Below the pieces are notes generated by a model, which had not been told where the DNA came from, did not search any database, and saw only the letters and a list, made by a program, of their open reading frames with translations. A program made the translations under genes and the position numbers. A DNA stretch of 49,447 nt, from positions 1 through 49,447 of the IMG/VR virus record IMGVR_UViG_3300050019_000017; one strand, 5' to 3'. The stretch is from a virus. This document shows, in pieces, positions 14,108-24,549 of this stretch (position 1 is its first letter; each line of letters begins with the position of its first letter).

Positions 14108-15614
14108 ACCTGATGTAGTGTGGGCACCTATTCCGGGTACGTCGCAAGAATTAGCTATTGATTCTCGTTGTAATGAGTTGCTATTCACTGGCACACGTGG
14201 ACCGGGCAAAACGGAGTGTCAGTTGATGAAGTTTAGGCGACGTGTTGGTATTGGTTATGGTATGTATTGGCGTGGCGTTATATTTGATCGTGAATATAAG
14301 CATCTTGATGATCTTGTTAATAAGTCTAAACGTTTATTCAGTAAATTTATGGATGGTGGTGAATTTCTTGAAGCTTTGTCATCTTATAAATGGGTATGGC
14401 CCACAGGTGAAGAATTATTGTTTCGTGTATTTGATAAGAAAACAGATTATGATAAGTATCATGGACAGGAATATCCATATCAAGGTTGGAACGAGTTAAC
14501 CAAATATCCGCATTTACTTTTCTATAATATGATGATTAGTTGTTGCCGTTCATCATTTCAGTGGGAAAAAGATGGACCTATTGTAGATGGTAAGCATCAG
14601 TATGTACCACCTATACCATTGGAAATTTTTTCAACTTGTAACAGTATTGGTCCGGGTCATGCTTGCGTTAAAGCGAAGTTTATTGATCCGGCACCTTACG
14701 GACAAGTAGTTAAGACAAAATCTATTGTATTTGATCCTAAAACAAAAGAAGATGTAGAAGTAACTAGAACACAGGTAGCTATTTTTGGATCATATAAAGA
14801 AAATATATATCTTGATCCTATTTATATAGCTGGATTGTATGATACAAATGATCCGGCACTTAAACGAGCATGGACTACTGGCGATTGGGACGTAATTTCA
14901 GGGGGAGCATTTGATGATTTATGGAAAGGGTCAGTACACATTATTCCACGTTTCCAAATACCGGAAGGTTGGTATGTGGATAGATCATTTGATTGGGGCA
15001 GTTCGCAACCGTTTTCAGTGGGATGGTGGGCTGAAGCAAATGGTGAGGAAGTTGAAATTAAGGTGGGTAAGGAAACAGTTAGATTTGCCCCTGCCGCCGG
15101 ATCGTTGATTCAAATTGCTGAATGGTATGGTACTCGTCAGATGAGTACGAATCGTGGTTTACGCTTAGGATCATCGGCTATTGCAAAAGAAATAAAGCAA
15201 CGGGAAATTAAGTTATATTCAGATAGTTGGATTCCCGAATTGCCTAGTGCTGGTCCGGCTGATAATCAGATTCGTAACGTAACTGATGAAGATAATGATA
15301 CCATTGAAAAGAAGATGCAAGATGAAGGTATCTATTGGACCGAAAGTGATAAATCGCCGGGATCACGTAAGATTGGTTTTGAATTGGCGCGTGAACGGTT
15401 GAGAGCGGCGATAACACATGAAGGTCCGGCTATTTATGTTATGAATAATTGCATCGCTTCTATTCAAATTATTCCTGTATTACCACGTGATCCTGAGAAG
15501 GAAGATGATGTAGATACTGAAGCTGAAGATCATCCTTGGGATATGTGGCGTTTTAGAATACTTAAAGGTAACAATAGATATGCAACTAATATACCCTGTC
15601 GTACCGTGAATTGA
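14073..15614 (+). CDS. terL: terminase large subunit
   Basis: Walker A GTRGPGKT, appropriate size, and the portal gene follows. The start is uncertain (ATG 14073; ORF track 13980). Confidence 0.85.
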   Translation: MLTERYKPKPIEPDVVWAPIPGTSQELAIDSRCNELLFTGTRGPGKTECQLMKFRRRVGIGYGMYWRGVIFDREYKHLDDLVNKSKRLFSKFMDGGEFLEALSSYKWVWPTGEELLFRVFDKKTDYDKYHGQEYPYQGWNELTKYPHLLFYNMMISCCRSSFQWEKDGPIVDGKHQYVPPIPLEIFSTCNSIGPGHACVKAKFIDPAPYGQVVKTKSIVFDPKTKEDVEVTRTQVAIFGSYKENIYLDPIYIAGLYDTNDPALKRAWTTGDWDVISGGAFDDLWKGSVHIIPRFQIPEGWYVDRSFDWGSSQPFSVGWWAEANGEEVEIKVGKETVRFAPAAGSLIQIAEWYGTRQMSTNRGLRLGSSAIAKEIKQREIKLYSDSWIPELPSAGPADNQIRNVTDEDNDTIEKKMQDEGIYWTESDKSPGSRKIGFELARERLRAAITHEGPAIYVMNNCIASIQIIPVLPRDPEKEDDVDTEAEDHPWDMWRFRILKGNNRYATNIPCRTVN

Positions 15615-15627
15615 AGGGAGTCTTGTA

Positions 15628-17301
15628 ATGGCTAAAAAGAAAACGGCACCAGTGCAAGCAAATGCTGTTTCAAATCGTAAGGTGCGCAAGGGCAGTGTGA
15701 AGTACACACGTCAAGAGGTAAATGTATTATTGCCTCTTTACTTTCTTATTCGTGACGTGATTGAAGGTGAACCGGCTATTAAAGGTATGATTCCTAGTGG
15801 TGGTCGTGGTGCCGAGTTCGGTAACGGCGGGGGAATTACAGGTTTGGATTCTTCTGCTAATTTAATACTTAGTCGTGCTCTAAAGTATTTGCCACAACCA
15901 AATGCTGATGATAAATCACCAGCAAATTTAGAGAGGTATCGTGCCTATGTTATGCGAGCAGTTTTTTATAACGTAACGGCCCGTACTTTAGGTGGGATGA
16001 CCGGACAAGTATTTTTACGTGATCCTGTTATGGAACTACCAAAAGAACTTGATTCGTTAAAGAATGATTCAAACGGAACAGGATTGAGTTTGATTCAATT
16101 GGCTAAATTAGCTGTTAAGGAAGATTTAAGCTATGGCCGTTTAGGTATATTGGTTGATTATCCTGTAACTAGCGGTCCTGTTACAGCGGCAGATGTTCAA
16201 GATGGAGATATTCGTCCTACACTTACTGTCTTTTATCCTTGGGATATTATTAACTGGCGTACTATGCAACGTGGTGCAAAACGAGTTTTATCATTTCTAG
16301 TTTTGCGTGAAACATTAGCAGAGGAAGGTGATGAAGATTTTGAACCTATACCTAATGAACAATATCGTGTTCTGTCTTTGGATCAAGATAATGAAGGTTC
16401 TTATACTGTTGAGATATACAGAGAAGAAGAAGGTCAAGAGGGACATACATTGTCTGAATGGTTTGTGCCCACAGATGCCGATGGTAAACCACTGAAAGAA
16501 ATTCCCTTTCATTTTATTGGATCAGATAACAACGGTATTGCACCAAATAAACCACCGCTTTATGATCTAGCTAGTTTGAACATTGCTCATTATCGCAATT
16601 CGGCGGACCATGAAGAAGCGTCATTTATTGCCGGTCAACCTACTCCGGTATTATCAGGTTTAACAAAAGATTGGGTGACTAACGTTCTGAAGGGATCAGT
16701 TACGTTAGGTTCACGTGCCTCTATTCCATTGCCTCAAGGTGGAACAGCTACCTTACTTCAGGCAAATACCAACACTATGCCCGGTGAAGGGATGAAACAC
16801 AAAGAGGATCAGATGGTTGCACTTGGGGCAAAGTTGGTACAGAAGCAATTAACAGCCCGCACAGCCGTCGAAACGATTGTCGAAACAACGTCCGAGAGTT
16901 CCACCTTGGCTAATGTAGCTAAGAATGTATCTGTTGCTTTTGAATGGGCATTAGGGACAGCAGCAAAATTTGTTATTAAGGGTACTGTTTCTGCTATTAA
17001 GTTTTCATTGAATACTGATTTTGATTTAACTAATATGACTCCTGCTGATATTCAACAGGTAGTGCAAACGTGGATTCAAGGCGGAATTGCATTTCCTGAA
17101 ATGCGAGAAGTATTGCGTAAAGGTGGCTATGCTACCTTGGCCGATGATGTAGCATTAAAGCTTATTCAGAAGGAACAAGCTGATATGGGGCTTGGTGCTC
17201 CTAATCCAAATGCTACCGCCGATCCTAATCTACATGCCAATATAGACGCACCCGGACCTATACCTAAGAAGAAAGAACCGGGGGTAGCGGCTACCGCATA
17301 A
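15628..17301 (+). CDS. portal protein
   Basis: 557 aa immediately after terL, with GGGAG upstream. Called from gene order and size. Confidence 0.75.
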   Translation: MAKKKTAPVQANAVSNRKVRKGSVKYTRQEVNVLLPLYFLIRDVIEGEPAIKGMIPSGGRGAEFGNGGGITGLDSSANLILSRALKYLPQPNADDKSPANLERYRAYVMRAVFYNVTARTLGGMTGQVFLRDPVMELPKELDSLKNDSNGTGLSLIQLAKLAVKEDLSYGRLGILVDYPVTSGPVTAADVQDGDIRPTLTVFYPWDIINWRTMQRGAKRVLSFLVLRETLAEEGDEDFEPIPNEQYRVLSLDQDNEGSYTVEIYREEEGQEGHTLSEWFVPTDADGKPLKEIPFHFIGSDNNGIAPNKPPLYDLASLNIAHYRNSADHEEASFIAGQPTPVLSGLTKDWVTNVLKGSVTLGSRASIPLPQGGTATLLQANTNTMPGEGMKHKEDQMVALGAKLVQKQLTARTAVETIVETTSESSTLANVAKNVSVAFEWALGTAAKFVIKGTVSAIKFSLNTDFDLTNMTPADIQQVVQTWIQGGIAFPEMREVLRKGGYATLADDVALKLIQKEQADMGLGAPNPNATADPNLHANIDAPGPIPKKKEPGVAATA

Positions 17302-18477
17302 ATGGCACAAATCTTTGATAAAGAACTGACCGTAGAACAGCTTTACTTATTCAATATGCTGTTTAGACATCAGGTCTATTTGGAAGGTGTTAAGTCTAAC
17401 TTTGCTCGTAATTATAAGGCTGTACTTAATTCGATCTATGAGTCATTACGCAAATATTTATATGAGCATCAATATGTAACGATGGATCAATTTAGTCGCG
17501 CTCAACTGCGCGATTACATTTATAAGTTGAATCGTGAGCAAATTCAATTCTATAGCTATTATACCAAAGATTTGCTTGATTTTCTTAAAGCATTTATCGC
17601 AGTAGATTCAAGTATGTTTATGACTATGTTCAAAGCTGGTACGGGTAAAACGGTAGGTGAAGCCGGTCGGCAATTGAAGATAGCCAAAACAAATGCTGAG
17701 TATGATATGCTCCCGCCGGTATTACAGGATCAGTATCAATCAGCAGGGTCCGGTGGTGGTTTCATTCTGAAATCTGATTATCAACAGCCCAAACAAGCAA
17801 CCGCGATAGGTAAAGTTGTTTCGTCAACTGATCAAGCCAAACTGTGGGCAGCTATAAAAGATGAACCGATTCCGGCGAATGGTTTTTTACTTTCTGATTA
17901 TATTAACGCCTATACATTTCAAGCAGCTAATGCAGTATTATTGTTAATCAATCGTGGTTATGCTAATAACTGGACCATTGCCGAAACAATTAAACAGATT
18001 GTTGGTGATGCTAATACATATCGTGGTGGATTATTTGCTAGGCTATATACGCAGAATGCAGCTATGGTTGATACTATTATTCAACATGCTAATTCAATGA
18101 TAGAAGCAGGATTAGCTAGTGTTTATTTTGATCATTATATGTGGTCTGCTATGTTAGAAAATAGTTGTGTGTTATGTACAGAAAGAAATGGAACTATTTA
18201 TGTTTATGGTAAAGGACCATTACCACCGGCACATTATAGATGCGCTTGTAAACCAGTTCCAGTACCGAATGATGAAGGTTTTGCCGTACCTAAATCATAT
18301 TATAGTTGGATAAAGAATCAATCAACAACATTTCAGAATGATGTGCTTGGAGAATCAAAAGCAATAAGGCTTAGGAGTGGAGATTTGACCGCTGGTGATT
18401 TTGTGTCAATCTATACTCCCAAGCCTTTAACACTTGAGCAATTTCAGCAAAAGATCAAATTCATTTTAGGAGAGTGA
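17302..18477 (+). CDS. minor head/head morphogenesis protein (SPP1 gp7 / Mu F-like)
   Basis: It has the C-terminal motif CVLCTERNG...PPAHYRCACKP and lies after the portal gene. Confidence 0.7.
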   Translation: MAQIFDKELTVEQLYLFNMLFRHQVYLEGVKSNFARNYKAVLNSIYESLRKYLYEHQYVTMDQFSRAQLRDYIYKLNREQIQFYSYYTKDLLDFLKAFIAVDSSMFMTMFKAGTGKTVGEAGRQLKIAKTNAEYDMLPPVLQDQYQSAGSGGGFILKSDYQQPKQATAIGKVVSSTDQAKLWAAIKDEPIPANGFLLSDYINAYTFQAANAVLLLINRGYANNWTIAETIKQIVGDANTYRGGLFARLYTQNAAMVDTIIQHANSMIEAGLASVYFDHYMWSAMLENSCVLCTERNGTIYVYGKGPLPPAHYRCACKPVPVPNDEGFAVPKSYYSWIKNQSTTFQNDVLGESKAIRLRSGDLTAGDFVSIYTPKPLTLEQFQQKIKFILGE

Positions 18478-19208
18478 GTATGTTGAAGCGAAAGATTAAC
18501 AAAGCTACTTTTGATGCGTTATCTGATGAAATGAAAAAGCTTTATGTCGCTGAAGGTGACGATTTCATTATCAATCTTGATGGTGGTGAGGAATTGTCGC
18601 GGGCGAATGCTCGTTTGCAAACCGAATTAACCACGATGCGTACAGAATTAACCACTGTTAAGAACAAGCTTGAGGCTATTGACAACACTTCTGCTCACAA
18701 AGCCGGTGACGTAGTAGCTATTGAGGCATCGTGGAAAGGGAAATTTGATACAATGGTAGCCGATAAGGATAAGATCATCAAAAAGAAAGATGATTTTATT
18801 CAGAAGGTACTTGTATCTGAAAAGGCAACTAAGCTTGCTTCAGAAATTAGTAGTGCTCCTGAAATTTTGCTACCGCATCTTATCGGGCGTTTGCAAGCTG
18901 AGTTTAATGGTGATGCCGATCCAATTACTCGCGTGTTGGATAAGGACGGTAAACCATCGGCGTTATCACTTGAAGATTTGGGAAAAGAATTTGTTGACAA
19001 TCCCAAATTCAAGAGTATTATCGTGGTCAGTAATGCCTCTGGCGGCGGTGCCTCTGGTGGTAATGGAGCAGGACGCGGCGGTGCCGGTTCTGCAACCAAG
19101 AAGTTTGCTGAGTTAGGCGATGCAGAACGTATAGCGTTATTCAAAGCCGATCCAGCAGAGTTCAAACGTCAATCCGAAGAAGCACAAGCAGCACTTCGGA
19201 GGATGTAA
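18474..19208 (+). CDS. scaffolding protein
   Basis: Coiled-coil-like 244-aa protein with a Gly-rich stretch, between the head morphogenesis and capsid genes. Confidence 0.55.
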   Translation: MSMLKRKINKATFDALSDEMKKLYVAEGDDFIINLDGGEELSRANARLQTELTTMRTELTTVKNKLEAIDNTSAHKAGDVVAIEASWKGKFDTMVADKDKIIKKKDDFIQKVLVSEKATKLASEISSAPEILLPHLIGRLQAEFNGDADPITRVLDKDGKPSALSLEDLGKEFVDNPKFKSIIVVSNASGGGASGGNGAGRGGAGSATKKFAELGDAERIALFKADPAEFKRQSEEAQAALRRM

Positions 19209-19257
19209 GTGGTTTGAACATTTGGTTTGACATTCCAATTACCGAAAGAGGTCACAA

Positions 19258-20292
19258 ATGGGTGCCGTCCTACTCACTGATGTAGTTATCCCTGAAGTGT
19301 ATATGTCTTACACTGCGGTGGATTCTCCCGAATTAACTGCTTTCTTTGAATCTGGCGTTGCGGTGAGCAATCCCGCTTTGTCAGCCGCTTTTGGTAACGG
19401 CGGTGATATTGCCGTTCTTCCCTTCTGGCTTGACTTGGATGCCTCTGTTGAGCCTAACTACTCTACCGATCTTGTTACCGATGTTGCTGTGCCTAACAAG
19501 GTAACGGCGTCGAAGATGGTTACTCGTATTGCCTTTTTGAACCAAGGCTATTCTTCGCCTGATCTTGTGGCGGAACTTGCCGGTTCTAATCCAATGCAGC
19601 GGATTCGTAATCGTTTTGGTAGCTACTGGACAAAACAGTGGCAACGACGGTTAATTGCCGCTTGCAATGGAATCTTGGCTAATAACCTTGCTTCCGATGA
19701 CGGTGACATGGTTAACAATGTGGCACTCGAAACTAAAACAGGTGTTACTGATGCCAATTTGTTCACTCGTTCCAATTTCACCGGGGCAATCTTCACGCTT
19801 GGAGATCACTTTGGCGAAGTGGCTGCTATTGCTGTTCACTCCGTTGTTTACAAACGCATGGTTGACAATGATGATGTTGAATTTGTTCGTCCTTCCATCG
19901 TTGATCCTAACGTTCCATTAGAAGCGCAGATGCAACCGTATTTCCTTGGAAAGCGTGTGATCGTTGATGATGGAATGCCTGTGATTGCCGGTACCACTGA
20001 CGGATACAAATTTGTTACAATGTTGTTTGGTGTTGGTGCAATCGGCTATGCTGAAGGTTCTCCGTTAGTTCCCGTTGCTACTCAGCGTTGGGAAGCACAG
20101 GGCAACGGTGCCGGTGTTGAACAAATTTGGGAACGTAAGTCATGGATCATCCATCCTTTCGGTCACAAGTTCGATTCAAATACTGTTGCCGGAATTTCGC
20201 CCACCAATGCTGAAATGGCACGTGCGGACAATTGGACGCGTGTAGTGGAACGTAAGAATGTTCCTATTGCGTTTCTCTATACCAACGGGTAG
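19258..20292 (+). CDS. major capsid protein
   Basis: 344 aa after the scaffold gene. A strong terminator lies downstream. Confidence 0.7.
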   Translation: MGAVLLTDVVIPEVYMSYTAVDSPELTAFFESGVAVSNPALSAAFGNGGDIAVLPFWLDLDASVEPNYSTDLVTDVAVPNKVTASKMVTRIAFLNQGYSSPDLVAELAGSNPMQRIRNRFGSYWTKQWQRRLIAACNGILANNLASDDGDMVNNVALETKTGVTDANLFTRSNFTGAIFTLGDHFGEVAAIAVHSVVYKRMVDNDDVEFVRPSIVDPNVPLEAQMQPYFLGKRVIVDDGMPVIAGTTDGYKFVTMLFGVGAIGYAEGSPLVPVATQRWEAQGNGAGVEQIWERKSWIIHPFGHKFDSNTVAGISPTNAEMARADNWTRVVERKNVPIAFLYTNG

Positions 20293-20319
20293 TTAGCTTG
20301 CGGTGCCTGTTGCCAAACT

Positions 20320-20346
20320 GAAGGGTCACTTGTGTGACCCTTCTTT
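20320..20346 (+). terminator. intrinsic terminator after the capsid gene
   Basis: GAAGGGTCAC / GTGACCCTTC 10-bp stem with a 4-nt loop, followed by TTT. Confidence 0.7.
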
Positions 20347-20370
20347 CAAAAACTACTTAGGAGATTTCAA

Positions 20371-20718
20371 ATGTCAGAACCAGTTGATCACATGACTTTG
20401 CTTCAGCATTCCAAAGAAGTTGATGCAGCGATGAAACAACAGGGCGATAAATCCGTTAAGGTGACATTGCCCAAAGACAACAACAATTTGATCCCGCCGA
20501 TCCCTGAAAACAAGAACACCAACAATGAGGCTGTACAGAAACGCATGGCAAACGATCAAGTGACAGTTGACGGTCAAAAGGTACCCAAGGGCACCACAGG
20601 CACCGATTTGAGCGCACAGGCAAAAGCAGCGGCTAAGGGTGCTCCGGGTGCCGATCCTTCGTCTCAGGGCAAGCCAACAGCGGGAACGACTGTTCCTGTG
20701 TATCCCGGCACTAAATAG
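20371..20718 (+). CDS. hypothetical virion-module protein
   Basis: AGGAGATTTCAAATG initiation region. The product is low-complexity and K/G/A-rich. Confidence 0.5.
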   Translation: MSEPVDHMTLLQHSKEVDAAMKQQGDKSVKVTLPKDNNNLIPPIPENKNTNNEAVQKRMANDQVTVDGQKVPKGTTGTDLSAQAKAAAKGAPGADPSSQGKPTAGTTVPVYPGTK

Positions 20719-20730
20719 GAGCGTCCCACT

Positions 20731-21249
20731 GTGGCCCTAGTCGTTGAAGATGGTACCGGAAAATCGGACGCTAATTCTTACTGCGATTTGGATGAGATAC
20801 GGAGCTATGCCGCTGATCGTGGTGTAGCTCTCTCATCCGATGATGCTATTATAATTGCATTTGCTATTAAGGCCACTGATTATCTTGAATCTTATGCTGA
20901 ATTGTTTGTGGGTAAACCAGCACATATAACTCAGTCATTATCGTGGCCGCGTAAATGGGTTATGCAAGATCAGTGTGTTCCCCTTCCTGATGATGTAATC
21001 CCACAAAAGTTGAAAGATGCTGAATCTCAGTTGTGTATTGAACAGAATAATGGTGTTAACTTGTTCCCCACAACGGACCCGGCTTCTACTGGTGGTTTTG
21101 TTTTAAGAGAAAAGATTGACGTTATTGAAACACAATATTCTGAAAGGATTAGCATAACTGGTTTACCTATTATGCCCGCTGTAGATAGTCTATTGCAGTT
21201 TCTATTATGGAATCGTAGTCCACTAGGCTTAAAGGTGGTCCGGGTGTGA
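20731..21249 (+). CDS. head-tail connector (gp6-like adaptor)
   Basis: The N-terminus VVEDGTGKSDANSYCDLDEIRSYAADRG is typical of head-tail connector proteins. GTG start with AGGAG upstream. Confidence 0.55.
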   Translation: MALVVEDGTGKSDANSYCDLDEIRSYAADRGVALSSDDAIIIAFAIKATDYLESYAELFVGKPAHITQSLSWPRKWVMQDQCVPLPDDVIPQKLKDAESQLCIEQNNGVNLFPTTDPASTGGFVLREKIDVIETQYSERISITGLPIMPAVDSLLQFLLWNRSPLGLKVVRV

Positions 21250-21626
21250 GTACTTATAACTATGATCGAAGTGTAGCTACAGCAACACGATTGATTGATA
21301 AGTATGGTGATGATGCAATATGGAGTAAGCCAGTTATTAGCCAAAGTGATCAACCTTGGCATTCAAGTGGTAGTGCTCCTAATAATTATGATGTAACTAT
21401 TGTATTTTTAATACCACAAACAGGAATCAAGGCATTATTTGCATTTCTAAAAGGGACAGATATACCGGCTGGTGGTGAACGGGGTTTGATGGCCGCAACA
21501 TCAGATTTTGTACCGGAGATAAGCGATTCAGTTACACGTAATGGTAAAACATTAACCATTGATTCTATAACTGTATTGAATCCGGGTGGCACAGCAATTT
21601 TGTATTCGATTGAGTTTAAAACTTAA
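21246..21626 (+). CDS. putative head closure/neck protein
   Basis: Called from gene order. GTGA overlap with the upstream stop. Confidence 0.4.
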   Translation: MSTYNYDRSVATATRLIDKYGDDAIWSKPVISQSDQPWHSSGSAPNNYDVTIVFLIPQTGIKALFAFLKGTDIPAGGERGLMAATSDFVPEISDSVTRNGKTLTIDSITVLNPGGTAILYSIEFKT

Positions 21627-21639
21627 AGGAGATTTTCAA

Positions 21640-22350
21640 ATGGCAGTTAAAAGCGCAAAATATTCGCAAAAATTAGCAGGAACAATTGAACCGGGTACTT
21701 TTACCCGTCACGATGAAGTATCCGGTATTCACATCATTGCTGATAGCCAAGCTGATGTAGCCTTGTTGATTGAACAAGGTGTAATCAATATCAGTAATTC
21801 GCTGATGTTGGCCGCTCAACCTACATTGAGACTTGTTGATGTTGAATTGAGCATTGATTATGTTGGTACTGTTACGGTTGCAGGATCACTTGCTGCTGTT
21901 CGCGGTGCTACAACGATTGGTGCTGATTCAACAATTGCCGGTGCCAGTTATTTGTATGGTGTTCAAGGCAAGTTGATCAACAAGGGCATTCATAGTGGCA
22001 CAGCTGAAGTATCAGCGGCTTTGGTTGGGCAGTTGGATTTGTCAGCATCTTTAGGTGTGACGGCTCCTATTGCTTGTGTTTTTGCCGATTGTGGTGCCAC
22101 AGCCGGTACCGTAACTGCTGCTGCTATTGATGGTGTAGTGGTTTATAACACTACTGCCGCCAAGATCAATGCAGCACTTCGCATTGATACCAATTCTAAC
22201 TACTTGTTCGATTTGTCTGATGAAGGCGGCGGGCATGGAGCGGGTAATTGGATCATTGCTACGGCTAAGAGCAGTGGATGGGATAAGAGTCTGAAGATCA
22301 AGATCAACGGAACTGCTTATTACATTCCATGCAATAGTGCTGCATCCTAA
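21640..22350 (+). CDS. hypothetical virion protein
   Basis: ORF track gives 21586..22350. The ATG at 21640 has AAGGAG upstream, and the initiation region is nearly identical to that of 20371. Confidence 0.5.
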   Translation: MAVKSAKYSQKLAGTIEPGTFTRHDEVSGIHIIADSQADVALLIEQGVINISNSLMLAAQPTLRLVDVELSIDYVGTVTVAGSLAAVRGATTIGADSTIAGASYLYGVQGKLINKGIHSGTAEVSAALVGQLDLSASLGVTAPIACVFADCGATAGTVTAAAIDGVVVYNTTAAKINAALRIDTNSNYLFDLSDEGGGHGAGNWIIATAKSSGWDKSLKIKINGTAYYIPCNSAAS

Positions 22351-22352
22351 CA

Positions 22353-22508
22353 ATGATCACACGTGAACAAATCGTAGCTCGCCTAGCTATGTTGAAAGCA
22401 AACTTGAATGCCCAACAGGGTGCCATTCAGGATTGTGAGTATTGGCTAGGCGAGTGGGACAAAGAAAATGCAATTGCCGAAGCAAAGAAATTAGAACCTG
22501 ATGCTTGA
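22353..22508 (+). CDS. small hypothetical protein (51 aa)
   Basis: It fills the gap and its stop overlaps the next start. Below the ORF-track cutoff. Confidence 0.3.
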   Translation: MITREQIVARLAMLKANLNAQQGAIQDCEYWLGEWDKENAIAEAKKLEPDA

Positions 22509-22941
22509 TTACTCAGACGCACGTGATCATATTTTTGGTATAGCTAATACTGTATGGGTTACTGCGTCTGCTCCTATTGTTGGTTATGTGCCTGATGTTA
22601 GGTGGCCGGGAGTTATTGAACCTAAACCCGATAATTCAAAGTATTGGGCTAGGACTAGCCTCACAGTGGTTGATCGTAGTCAATCGGCGGTTAATCAGAA
22701 CTTTGAAGGTAAGCGTAAATACACAACTACTGCTATATTCTTTCTACAGTTGTTTTGTCCAAAAGGACAGGGTGATACATTACCCAAAGGAATTAAGTTA
22801 GCCGAAGCTGTTAAATCGGCTTTTTGTAAACAAGATGATGATATTTGGTTTCGCAATCAAAAGGTTGTTGAATTGCCGCCTGAATCCGACAACTATCCAG
22901 TTAACGTAGTAATAACCTGCATTTTCGATACTCTTGAATAA
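22501..22941 (+). CDS. putative tail terminator/completion protein
   Basis: 146 aa immediately upstream of the major tail gene. Confidence 0.4.
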   Translation: MLDYSDARDHIFGIANTVWVTASAPIVGYVPDVRWPGVIEPKPDNSKYWARTSLTVVDRSQSAVNQNFEGKRKYTTTAIFFLQLFCPKGQGDTLPKGIKLAEAVKSAFCKQDDDIWFRNQKVVELPPESDNYPVNVVITCIFDTLE

Positions 22942-22952
22942 AGGACGGTCCC

Positions 22953-24479
22953 ATGAGTACACCGCTTGCTATTGAAAGCAATCAAACAGGTCTTTCGGTT
23001 GCTGAAGAAACGTCGCTAAAGACTCTGCCCGTAACGCCTATATGGTATGGGCTTGAGCCAAATACTTATGCTGATTTGGGAGCGTCCTACACAATGGTTG
23101 CCCGCACTCCCATTAACAACACCCGGCAACAGAACAAGGGTGTAGTAACCGATTTGGAAGCTAAGGCAAACTTCCAAGTTGATCTTACTCAGCACAATTT
23201 GCAGCGGCTTTTGCAGGGTTATTTCTTTGCTGATGCCTATGAAAAGCCTGATACCTTGCCGTTCAATACGGCACAGGTAGTTATTACAGGTATTACGGCG
23301 CATACCTTTACTGCGGCTGCTGGCCTTGACGTGTTTCAGGTCGGGCACTTGGTTGTAGCTAAAGGTTGTGGAGTTGTGGGCAACAATGGATTAGCTAAGT
23401 GTACCGTTGACAGTGCTACGGTATTCACAAGCGATAAAACATTTACAGTTGAAGCTGCTCCCCCGGCAACAGCAAAGATTGAAGCAGTGGGCTTTGAATT
23501 TGCTGCTGGTGACTTGGTTGCAACTATCGTAGCAGGGCAATTGAACCTAGCTACTACTGTTGCTAGTTTTCTTACAATGGGCTTGCATGTTGGCGAGTGG
23601 ATTTTTATCGGCGGTGATGATGCAGCTAATCAGTTTGCAACGACTGCTGATAAGGGCTTTGCTCGTATTCAGAGTATTGCCGCGAAGGTACTCACGTTTG
23701 ATCTATGTATGTCAACCTTTGTGGCAGATGACGGAGCAACCAAAACAATCCGCATCTTCTTTGGTAAGGTGATTCAGAATGCTGCTGATCCTACCAATAT
23801 AAAACGGCGGTCCTATAACGTCGAAAGGTCATTGGGCAATGATGGTTCCGGTACGCAAAGTGAATATGTTATTGGTTCTGTTCCCGGTGAACTAACCATT
23901 AACATGAAAGAAGCATCTAAGGTTGAAGTTGACTTGACCTTTGTTGGTTTGGATGTGGAATCACGCAGCGGTACTGTCGGATTAAAAATAGGAACACGTG
24001 TTTCTGCTGCTGGTGAATCGGCATTCAACACATCGCTTGATATTGTAGCGATGTATCTCGCTGTTGTTGCTCCCGGTACAATGAATCCTACTGCATTGTT
24101 TGGTTATTTCAGCGATGCCAAATTCGTGATCAATAACAACATCACGCCTGATAAGGCTCTAGCTGTAATGGGAGCTTTTGAAGTCAATGCTGGTTTGTTT
24201 GCTGTGTCAGCTACGGGCACAGCTTACTTTACCAGTGTCGCGGCCATTGACGCTATTCGTCACAATTACGATGTATGTCTCACTACTATTTTGGCGAAGG
24301 AACATGCGGGAATCGTACTTGATATTCCGCTGCTTTCGCTTGGTGACGGTGCTAACAAGGTAGAGAAGGATAAGCCGATCAGTGTATCTCTAACACAAAC
24401 GGCTGCAAAGAATGTGGCGGGTTATACCTGTCTGATCAATTTCTTTGAATACCTTCCTACCATTGCAATGCCGGTCTAA
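22953..24479 (+). CDS. major tail protein
   Basis: 508 aa. A hairpin, chaperones and the tape measure gene follow. Confidence 0.55.
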   Translation: MSTPLAIESNQTGLSVAEETSLKTLPVTPIWYGLEPNTYADLGASYTMVARTPINNTRQQNKGVVTDLEAKANFQVDLTQHNLQRLLQGYFFADAYEKPDTLPFNTAQVVITGITAHTFTAAAGLDVFQVGHLVVAKGCGVVGNNGLAKCTVDSATVFTSDKTFTVEAAPPATAKIEAVGFEFAAGDLVATIVAGQLNLATTVASFLTMGLHVGEWIFIGGDDAANQFATTADKGFARIQSIAAKVLTFDLCMSTFVADDGATKTIRIFFGKVIQNAADPTNIKRRSYNVERSLGNDGSGTQSEYVIGSVPGELTINMKEASKVEVDLTFVGLDVESRSGTVGLKIGTRVSAAGESAFNTSLDIVAMYLAVVAPGTMNPTALFGYFSDAKFVINNNITPDKALAVMGAFEVNAGLFAVSATGTAYFTSVAAIDAIRHNYDVCLTTILAKEHAGIVLDIPLLSLGDGANKVEKDKPISVSLTQTAAKNVAGYTCLINFFEYLPTIAMPV

Positions 24480-24498
24480 GTTAGTCAGCGGTGACTAG

Positions 24499-24525
24499 GT
24501 GCCGGGGCTGTAATGGTCCCGGCAC
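24499..24525 (+). terminator. hairpin after the major tail gene
   Basis: GTGCCGGG / CCCGGCAC 8-bp stem with an 11-nt loop. The T-tract is weak. Confidence 0.4.
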
Positions 24526-24549
24526 TATCTTAAAAACGGGAATAGTTAG

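Noticed and set aside
18790-19165. Off-frame ORF 18790..19116(+) and antisense ORF 18800..19165(-) in the scaffold gene
   Set aside because: Their translations are Leu-rich or Pro/Ala-rich and lack start signals. The annotated frame gives a typical coiled-coil scaffold protein.
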